Source: Dickeya dadantii NCPPB 898 (lineage in GTDB: Bacteria; Pseudomonadota; Gammaproteobacteria; Enterobacterales; Enterobacteriaceae). From it: a DNA stretch of 32,000 nt. A model generated the notes under the pieces. That model worked only from the letters and a program-made list of their open reading frames with translations. It did not search any database and was not told where the DNA came from. Numbering within the stretch: position 1 is the first letter of the stretch; each line of letters starts with the position of its first letter. The stretch is from the NCBI RefSeq assembly GCF_000406145.1, contig NZ_CM001976.1, positions 1,982,161 through 2,014,160 of the forward strand, read 5' to 3'. The position numbers were made by a program, and so were the translations under genes. Below, in pieces: positions 26,550 through 32,000 of the stretch.

Positions 26550-27459
26550 CTGACAAAAGTTCAAGTTGGTTTGATATGTAAGAGTCAGCAATGTAAATGC
26601 TTATTTCCTTTGACTCTTCCAAAGTCCAGTTAACTTGAAAATCTTCCCGCATAATATCTATTTGGACTGCGGCGAGATCACTTAACTCTTTCTCGTAGAT
26701 TCTTTTTCTGGCTTCGATATCTTGACTTGAACCTTGCGAAAGTCCGATTAATCCTTCGTCATTCCGCTGTAATAGGGATTTTGAGAATAAAGCACCGATA
26801 CGTTTCCTTAAGTATGATTCTTTATCTGACTCAACATTAAGAAATTTGATGACATTTCCTACCAATTCATCTTCTTGTAGGTTTTTAGAGTCAGATAAAA
26901 TAAAAAGTATTGTATCATCATATACACCATCCCGCATGTATTTGACTTCATTTGACATCACAGTATAACCATGAAGCGCCATTTCTCTATAATCTGGATT
27001 GCTTTGAAATGATCTAGGAAGAGGATAATTGGTTTCATCCAAAAATTTATTGAGAAGATTTCCGTCGAGCAAAAACTCGGCAATGTGCCTAGCACTAAAA
27101 AATGAAACTTGAATTTCTAGCTCTTCATTATATTTCCTTTCAAACTTTCTGCACTCAACCTCACTAACGTTGTTTGTTGTGAAAAAATAAAATCTTCTGG
27201 CTGAAAGTTTTTCAACTGCCTTCAAGATATCACTACCTAGTTTTTGAGGGATTTTTTCTTTTTGAGTAGTGAGTTGGTAAATCGTGTTAGTCCTAATCCC
27301 ATCATTACTTATATTTATAAAATCAGCGCCGCCATCATTAGAACCATCAACATTTATTGCGTTGATTTTAAAATAGTCTTTAAGGACTATTTTACAAGCC
27401 GCATCAAAGAAATTCTTACTCAACCCGCGAATATGGTTAACTAAAGTATCGTGGTCCAT
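26464..27459 (-). CDS. Protein A of the AT-rich cassette: N-terminal Mrr-like restriction-endonuclease (PD-(D/E)xK) domain, putative winged helix, helical C-terminus
   Basis: ATG with a GAGGG SD. Residues about 17-125 (FFDAACKIVLKDYF..NVDGSNDGGADF..IYQLTTQKEK..RRFYFFTTNNVS..ARHIAEFLL) follow the Mrr_cat pattern xLLxxxGy..V....DGGhD....hQxK....hhhhTT..hs....A. Residues about 180-240 (ILFILSDSKNLQEDELVGNVIKFL...LLQRNDEGLIGLS) look like a wHTH. Confidence 0.7.
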   Translation of the reverse strand: MDHDTLVNHIRGLSKNFFDAACKIVLKDYFKINAINVDGSNDGGADFINISNDGIRTNTIYQLTTQKEKIPQKLGSDILKAVEKLSARRFYFFTTNNVSEVECRKFERKYNEELEIQVSFFSARHIAEFLLDGNLLNKFLDETNYPLPRSFQSNPDYREMALHGYTVMSNEVKYMRDGVYDDTILFILSDSKNLQEDELVGNVIKFLNVESDKESYLRKRIGALFSKSLLQRNDEGLIGLSQGSSQDIEARKRIYEKELSDLAAVQIDIMREDFQVNWTLEESKEISIYIADSYISNQLELLSDVKAKISIESFFNHRNRDKNKHKRLYKK

Positions 27460-27531
27460 GCGTGCCCTCTTCTATGAAGTTAATAAAACGAGCTTGAAGA
27501 TATTCACTGCTTTGTTTGAAAGTATTTGGTT

Positions 27532-27560
27532 ATTATAGGACTAATATATCATTATTTTAA
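27532..27560 (-). promoter_or_regulatory. Candidate sigma70 promoter for the AT-rich cassette
   Basis: On the - strand, TTAAAA is separated from TATAAT by 17 nt. The -10 element lies about 70 nt upstream of the gene A ATG. Confidence 0.3.
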
Positions 27561-27965
27561 GCTTGGATGTGTTCTAAACGCCCACTTTGGCACATAGCAG
27601 ACCGTCGAGCTTAGCTGCTCTCCAGTAGTGATTGACTCTGTCATAGATCGAAATTACTCCCAATCTATCATTTCAAGCACACTCCCCACACCATCCCCCG
27701 CCGCGCCGACCACGAAAAAACCTTAGCATTTCGATACATGCGTACCGACCAAAAAATTGATTTCAAATTGAATAAAATGAGGCGTGGCGCGGGTTGAAGC
27801 GAGGTACGCAGTTCGCACAGCAATGCGTACAATTGCGTATGAACTGCGAACCACATTGCGAATTTTACCGTAGCTGTTCAGTGTCGTTTTGCGCACTTTC
27901 TTGCTGGGAATGCTTTTAACCCATCATGATTTTTGTGTGCGCAAATTCTTATAGATAAGCAAAAG

Positions 27966-28224
27966 TAGGTCGGTTCGGTAGATTCAGTCGGTTCACGTAG
28001 TCAACTGATTGATAAATAGGGTGATTATTTTCAGAATTGAACCGACCTATGGGTAGGTTCACGCGGTGTGAAAGTCGGTTCATCAAGCCAGCCAGAAAAA
28101 GGGCGTTTGGTTAGGTCGGTTCAAAATGGCTAAAGTCGGTTCAGGGTCGGTTCACTATTCAAATAAAAATAACCATAAATCAATGTATTAAAATAATGAA
28201 CCGACTGAACCTACCGAACCGACC
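27966..28224. repeat. Iteron field, probable origin of replication of the island
   Basis: At least 10 copies of GTCGGTTCA or close variants (GGTCGGTTCGG, GTAGGTTCA) occur in both orientations. Forward copies are at 27968, 27987, 28053, 28074, 28115, 28135 and 28146. Inverted copies are at 28038, 28197, 28206 and 28214. An AT-rich stretch (28158-28198) lies inside the field, which sits directly downstream of the primase-helicase gene. Confidence 0.7.
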
Positions 28225-28245
28225 TTATTTTACCTTACGCGTGAT

Positions 28246-30852
28246 TTACTCTTCTTCGTCGTCGAGTGTCATGAGCACCACAAAGCGCGGCTGCTTACCG
28301 TCAATGCGCAGTGATTTACGTGTAATGCCTTTGGCGGGTTTATCCAGCATTCCGGCATCGGCCAGCACCTGCGCAAACGCGGCGGCATTGGCACCAGCGG
28401 CAATTTCGTTATTGAACACGGCGGGGAAGGTGTGAAACACCAGCGTATCGGCTCCTGGCTTTTTCACCCGATACCCCGCCAGATCCTTGATGGGTAAATC
28501 GCGTGGATCTGGATTGGGATGCGGTAAATAACGGCTGTAGCCAAACTGGTGCAAAAAGGCATCAGCCTGTTCTACCCAAGCTTTGGCCTCACGGTTGCCC
28601 ATGCCAAATTCATTTACCCAGGCATAGAAGCTATGCTGTAACGCATCGTGGCATTCTTGCGCTGTCCAACCAGTTAAAGAGGCTGAGAGTAATAAAGCCG
28701 CCTCTAATACGGCAAAACGTGACGCCACCCGCCGCACTTGTTCGCTGGCATCATCGGGCAAGAGTGACAACCAGCGTCGCTCTGTTTCGCGGTAGGTTGC
28801 CAGCGCATTTTCTTTCTGGCTGGCAAGGTAGGCGATCCACTCTCGACCGACCGCGCCATAATGGGCGTTGCTGGCATCACGGATCGCGTCAGCATGGGCT
28901 TTGCCATCCTGATAGCTATGAAATACCGTCGCTTTGGTGATCGGGACATTCAGCAGGCGTACCAATTGACCGGCATTCACTCGCCCACCGTCAGCGCGGA
29001 TATAGCTTTCCAGATCGATCTCGCCGGTACTGAATGCCATTGCTCGCCAGCGTTTTAACTCTCGGTTGCCGCCTTCTCTGGCTCCCTGAATCTTACCCAC
29101 GCCGTTAAACAGCGCATAGGCGGCATCGGCCACGGCTTTGCGATTGCTGCCTTGCCCGATTTCATCCAACGGCATAAAGCCGTCATTGTGGGCGGCGGCT
29201 TCGTTCACCAGCCCCAACGCGGTGGAATACCACGTTAGTTTAAGCGCATTAGGATCGCCATAGACAGAAGAGGCGATATTGCCGGTGGTGGTTTTGCCCG
29301 CAGATGAACCGCCAAACAGGTGGACGCCGAACCCGTCCGCGTTTGCCAGCCCGATAAGCGGTGCGGCAAAGGCGCAGGCGATCCCCAGCATCATGGAGGG
29401 ATTACCCTGTGCCAGCGCTGCGACGTTTTCACGCCAGCTTTGCGCCGTTCCGCTGGTGGTATAACCTTTGGCGGCACCTGATTTACCGTTGAACAAGACG
29501 GGAATACTTGGTGTACCGATAACGGAACCATCCGGCATCAGGTATGCGCCATGCTGCCAGCCGGTCGCGCTGGCGATTGCCCAGCGACAACCCGCATGAC
29601 TGCGACACACGTGATCGGCCAGTATTGCCCGTAACCCGCCTTTGGCCGTGACCGCCAGCCCACCTGCACGCAATCGCGCCCAGCCTTCACGTTCTCCAAT
29701 ATCTCGCATTGGAATGGCTTCGGTACGGGGTTGGCTCTCACCGCTTGGTGTCCAGCTTAAAACCAGATAACGCTCTGACTCATCTGATCCGATACCCGCT
29801 ACCGTAATAGGGTCAGACAGCCAGCTTTCACGCTCGATAATGTCGCCGCTGTCATGGTCAGTCTTCGGCTCTACCCAATACAGCCCGCCATGACGAATGG
29901 CTGCGTAAGGTTTTAAGGGGGAATTGGAAGACGGCAGCGGCTTTTGTCCTGGTTGATAAAGTGAGGCAGCAAAGGCCAATATGGATACCGCCGCGCCATG
30001 TTGTTGGTAGTAATCATTCCAGTCGGCTTTTTCAGTGGTGGGCGGGAGCGCGACCCAACCGTTTACCGCCAGTGCCGCTTTTTCAGCCGCGATTTTTCCC
30101 GTGTTGTTACCATCGGGTTTACGATCATTATCCGCAGCAAGGATGATTTTGGCATCCGGCCAGACAGCACGGCAAGACCGCGCAACGTGAATCAGATTCC
30201 CGCTATCTAATGCGCTGATAGCGACACCTTGCATCAGTAACGATGCCGTAATTGCCGTGGCGTAACCTTCGGCAATGATCACTGTGTCCGTGTGTTCAGG
30301 TAGGGTATTAACGGGAATGAATGCACCTTTCTTGCGGCTACCGGCAATCAACTTTTTCTCGCCATTAGGTTTGATTAGCTGTGCGCCGGTGGGAGTGCTA
30401 CCCATGTTTTGCAGCACCAGCAACAGAGAACCATCATCTAAGAGTAGTGAGGATCGTTGCAGCCCCTTATTCAGCAGATAGGCAGATTGGCCGGATACCG
30501 CTTTCGACACCAGCGAATTCACCCGTTTGATAATCGTGCGATTATCAGGCTTCTCACTGGCGGGCGTAACGACCGGCAACGGAAGCGCCAGCACCTCAGC
30601 GACCTGTTCCGCTGCTTGTCTCGCGCCACACTTATTCACTTTCATCACCAGATTTAGTCCGGTTCCTGCACCGCAGTGAGAACAAAAATAGGTGCCTCGA
30701 CCTTCTTTATCGTCAAAACGGTAGCGGGTATTCCCGCCACAGTTGGGACATTCACTTTCCTGCCGATTGGTCGGGATGCCTAACCGCTGCAAAATCCCCT
30801 CCCAATGGTCGTTGGCTTTTGTCCGCACGTCTTGAATAAACGTGTTGCTCAT
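28246..30852 (-). CDS. Phage/satellite-type primase-helicase (zinc ribbon, Toprim, DUF927 P-loop helicase; functionally P4 alpha-like)
   Basis: Zinc ribbon CPNCGG...FCSHCG. Toprim motifs IIAEGYATA and LAADNDRK. Walker A GGSSAGKTT. 868 aa. The start is coupled (ATGA-type overlap) to the upstream small gene. Confidence 0.9.
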   Translation of the reverse strand: MSNTFIQDVRTKANDHWEGILQRLGIPTNRQESECPNCGGNTRYRFDDKEGRGTYFCSHCGAGTGLNLVMKVNKCGARQAAEQVAEVLALPLPVVTPASEKPDNRTIIKRVNSLVSKAVSGQSAYLLNKGLQRSSLLLDDGSLLLVLQNMGSTPTGAQLIKPNGEKKLIAGSRKKGAFIPVNTLPEHTDTVIIAEGYATAITASLLMQGVAISALDSGNLIHVARSCRAVWPDAKIILAADNDRKPDGNNTGKIAAEKAALAVNGWVALPPTTEKADWNDYYQQHGAAVSILAFAASLYQPGQKPLPSSNSPLKPYAAIRHGGLYWVEPKTDHDSGDIIERESWLSDPITVAGIGSDESERYLVLSWTPSGESQPRTEAIPMRDIGEREGWARLRAGGLAVTAKGGLRAILADHVCRSHAGCRWAIASATGWQHGAYLMPDGSVIGTPSIPVLFNGKSGAAKGYTTSGTAQSWRENVAALAQGNPSMMLGIACAFAAPLIGLANADGFGVHLFGGSSAGKTTTGNIASSVYGDPNALKLTWYSTALGLVNEAAAHNDGFMPLDEIGQGSNRKAVADAAYALFNGVGKIQGAREGGNRELKRWRAMAFSTGEIDLESYIRADGGRVNAGQLVRLLNVPITKATVFHSYQDGKAHADAIRDASNAHYGAVGREWIAYLASQKENALATYRETERRWLSLLPDDASEQVRRVASRFAVLEAALLLSASLTGWTAQECHDALQHSFYAWVNEFGMGNREAKAWVEQADAFLHQFGYSRYLPHPNPDPRDLPIKDLAGYRVKKPGADTLVFHTFPAVFNNEIAAGANAAAFAQVLADAGMLDKPAKGITRKSLRIDGKQPRFVVLMTLDDEEE

Positions 30853-31016
30853 GCGGCCTCGTCCTCCTGCGCTCGGTGGAGCGCATCAAGCCGCTCGGCA
30901 AGAATGAACATCAGGATCTCTTTTGCCTGCGGCTCCCTTAACTCCATGATGGCATAAGCCAACGCACGACACTGATCGATCAGTTCTTCCTGCTCCAGCG
31001 GCGTGTTATCAAACAT
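30849..31016 (-). CDS. Small hypothetical protein (55 aa) translationally coupled to the primase gene
   Basis: The ATG at 31016 is preceded by a strong SD (CAGGAGGTG). The stop overlaps the primase ATG. It is the only supported part of the listed 275-aa ORF. Confidence 0.6.
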   Translation of the reverse strand: MFDNTPLEQEELIDQCRALAYAIMELREPQAKEILMFILAERLDALHRAQEDEAA

Positions 31017-31209
31017 GGCGCACCTCCTGGGCGGGAAGACGAGCAGCGAAAGCGAATGTGAAACATGGAGACAGCATTTGCCGTGCTTCCTGCTCTGAAT
31101 AGGATTCAACGGATAGGCGACAAAACGTTTTTGCCTGCGAAGAGTAGGGCAGTACCAGAAAGCGATACTGAAATTTAAGGCGAGTTTGGGTAGACTGTGA
31201 ATCAGCCAT
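31009..31209 (-). CDS. Small island protein (66 aa), possibly Icd-like
   Basis: An AAAGGAG SD lies 7 nt upstream of the ATG. The 3-prime end overlaps the next gene start by 8 nt. The pattern FQYRFLVL...SVESYSEQEARQML...FAARLP resembles the Icd-like small proteins of P4-type islands as I remember them. This assignment is uncertain. Confidence 0.55.
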   Translation of the reverse strand: MADSQSTQTRLKFQYRFLVLPYSSQAKTFCRLSVESYSEQEARQMLSPCFTFAFAARLPAQEVRHV

Positions 31210-31300
31210 GACGTTACTCCTTTTAACGCTGTGGTCAGAAGCCCGGTATGTGTTGCTGCACTGCCGGGCTTCGTTATGTTAACCTTGAATTCAATCAAGG

Positions 31301-31333
31301 TGTGCGCACAGGATAGTTCTTGGTGTGCGCACA
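31301..31333. promoter_or_regulatory. Twin palindromic operators in the divergent control region
   Basis: The perfect 10-bp palindrome TGTGCGCACA occurs twice (31301-31310 and 31324-31333, each preceded by GG). The centres are 23 bp apart. The sites lie between the divergent starts at 31209 (-) and 31399 (+). Confidence 0.5.
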
Positions 31334-31398
31334 CGTCAAGCGCTTTAAATTTCAATTTTTCAGGCAGAGTACCGTCAGTGTCTTTAACGGAGTTAGGC

Positions 31399-31590
31399 AT
31401 GGCTACAGGCAATAACAATAGTAAATCCACTAAAAAGGGAATCCGTTTCCCACACGAACTTATTGATGAAATTGATGCCAGTGTAGCGCGTGAAAAAGTA
31501 GACAATCCCAACGCTAATTTTTCTGCGTGGGTATTGGATGCCTGCGGACGTAAGTTAGAGGCGGAAAAAGACGATAAATCAAAACCGTGA
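31399..31590 (+). CDS. Small DNA-binding-like protein (63 aa), YlcI/YnfO (DUF3950)-like
   Basis: MATGNNNSKSTKKGIRFPHELIDEIDA...NFSAWVLDACGRKL resembles prophage YlcI/YnfO-family proteins as I recall them and has an RHH-like N-terminus. The ATG at 31399 is preferred over the listed GTG at 31231, which would run through the operator region. Confidence 0.65.
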   Translation: MATGNNNSKSTKKGIRFPHELIDEIDASVAREKVDNPNANFSAWVLDACGRKLEAEKDDKSKP

Positions 31591-31729
31591 TTTGAGCGTT
31601 TTTCTAAATAGCTGATGTGCTGATTTTTGGCGTAACAATGCCCGTTCCAGCCAGCGCCAGATTTTTGGATCATCATATTTTTTGATTCCGATATGCCGCT
31701 ATCGCGGCAATAAAAATGGATGTGTTGGC

Positions 31730-31945
31730 TTATGCGGTTTCGGTTTGCTGGTCACGTTCGGCAATGCGTTGCCTCAACCAGTCGCTAACTTCATCCTCGA
31801 ACCAGCCTACGCGCCGTAAGCCAACCCGAAACCCTTTGGGGAATTCTCCGGCATTGATCATTTCCTGAAAGCTGCTGTCCGAGCTAACGCGCAGAATGGC
31901 TTTCACTTCTTTCTTTAACAGGATTTTTCTGTCTAACAGGTTCAT
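31730..31945 (-). CDS. alpA: AlpA-family phage/island transcriptional regulator (excisionase-like HTH)
   Basis: LLKKEVKAILRVSSDSSFQEMINAGEFPKGFRVGLRRVGWFEDEVSDWL is the AlpA/Phage_AlpA pattern. The ATG at 31945 has a GAGGT SD 8 nt upstream. Confidence 0.85.
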   Translation of the reverse strand: MNLLDRKILLKKEVKAILRVSSDSSFQEMINAGEFPKGFRVGLRRVGWFEDEVSDWLRQRIAERDQQTETA

Positions 31946-32000
31946 AGCGATATACCTCATCAATGACCGGTCGTATCCGGTCGATGAGGCTATTCAATAA

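Larger units (their letters stand above)
23982..32000. mobile_element. Left portion of a P4/PICI-like primase-bearing integrative element; integrase and right end lie outside the window
   Basis: Gene content: alpA, small regulators, primase-helicase, an iteron origin, then AT-rich cargo and a TA module. At about 23982-24146 there is an abrupt change to AT-rich non-coding sequence next to host-type genes. The left boundary is approximate. Confidence 0.6.

Noticed and set aside
27668-27856. 62-aa - strand ORF between the cargo promoter and the iterons
   Set aside because: It has no SD and an odd composition, and it is overlaid by the phased TGCG(T/A)A repeats. The region is more likely regulatory DNA.
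27460-27960. Possible retron-like or other structured ncRNA in the 500-bp non-coding stretch upstream of gene A
   Set aside because: No reverse transcriptase gene is present, and I found no long flanking inverted repeats of the msr/msd type. Only short repeated hexamers are present, and they are reported separately.
30849-31676. 275-aa - strand ORF upstream of the primase gene
   Set aside because: Only the last 55 codons (from the ATG at 31016 with an AGGAGG SD) look genuine. The remainder runs through another SD-supported small gene in a different frame, through the operator region, and antisense through the + strand gene at 31399-31590.
1-32000. Search by eye for tRNA, rRNA, CRISPR arrays, IS elements with terminal inverted repeats, and an integrase
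   Set aside because: I recognised none. In particular there is no regularly spaced repeat-spacer array and no transposase-like or integrase-like ORF. A tRNA scan was not possible by computation, so a missed tRNA cannot be strictly excluded.

Overview
The window looks like an enterobacterial chromosome, probably a Dickeya-type soft-rot pathogen. That call rests on a 433-aa lipoprotein pectinesterase that I recognise as PemB. I did not detect any rRNA, tRNA, CRISPR array, IS element or integrase in the window.

Layout from left to right:
- 0.4-2.2 kb: three tandem paralogs of a small Sec-exported two-cysteine protein. The third copy is decayed.
- 2.2-6.8 kb: a four-gene MacB-type tripartite exporter directly downstream (ATPase, FtsX-type permease, its own TolC-like outer membrane factor, HlyD-type adaptor).
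- 6.8-9.4 kb: pemB, a GlpM/YdgC-family gene and one exported hypothetical.
- 9.9-15.3 kb: a five-gene family-5 peptide/nickel-type ABC importer. Its last stop codon abuts a 5-prime-truncated HxlR regulator gene.
- 15.7-23.7 kb: a chagasin-family (I42) protease inhibitor, a long AT-rich ORF-free spacer, DUF1304 and luciferase-like monooxygenase genes, arsR-arsB-arsC with a +1 frameshift in arsB, and a GST, an SDR and a divergent LysR regulator.
- About 24.0 kb to the window end: the left part of a P4/PICI-like integrative element that carries a primase.

The element contains, from right to left:
- an alpA-like gene;
- a divergent small RHH gene with twin TGTGCGCACA operators;
- two small genes and an 868-aa zinc-ribbon/Toprim/DUF927 primase-helicase;
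- a dense GTCGGTTCA iteron field, the likely origin of replication;
- a cargo region.

The cargo holds the most interesting item: a strikingly AT-rich two-gene cassette at 25308-27459. Gene A has an Mrr-like PD-(D/E)xK nuclease N-terminus. Gene B is about 400 aa and I cannot assign it to any family. I propose the pair as a candidate uncharacterised anti-phage system. Next to it are a three-gene ParE/RelE-type toxin-antitoxin operon and, at the element edge, a heavily decayed orphan copy of the toxin.
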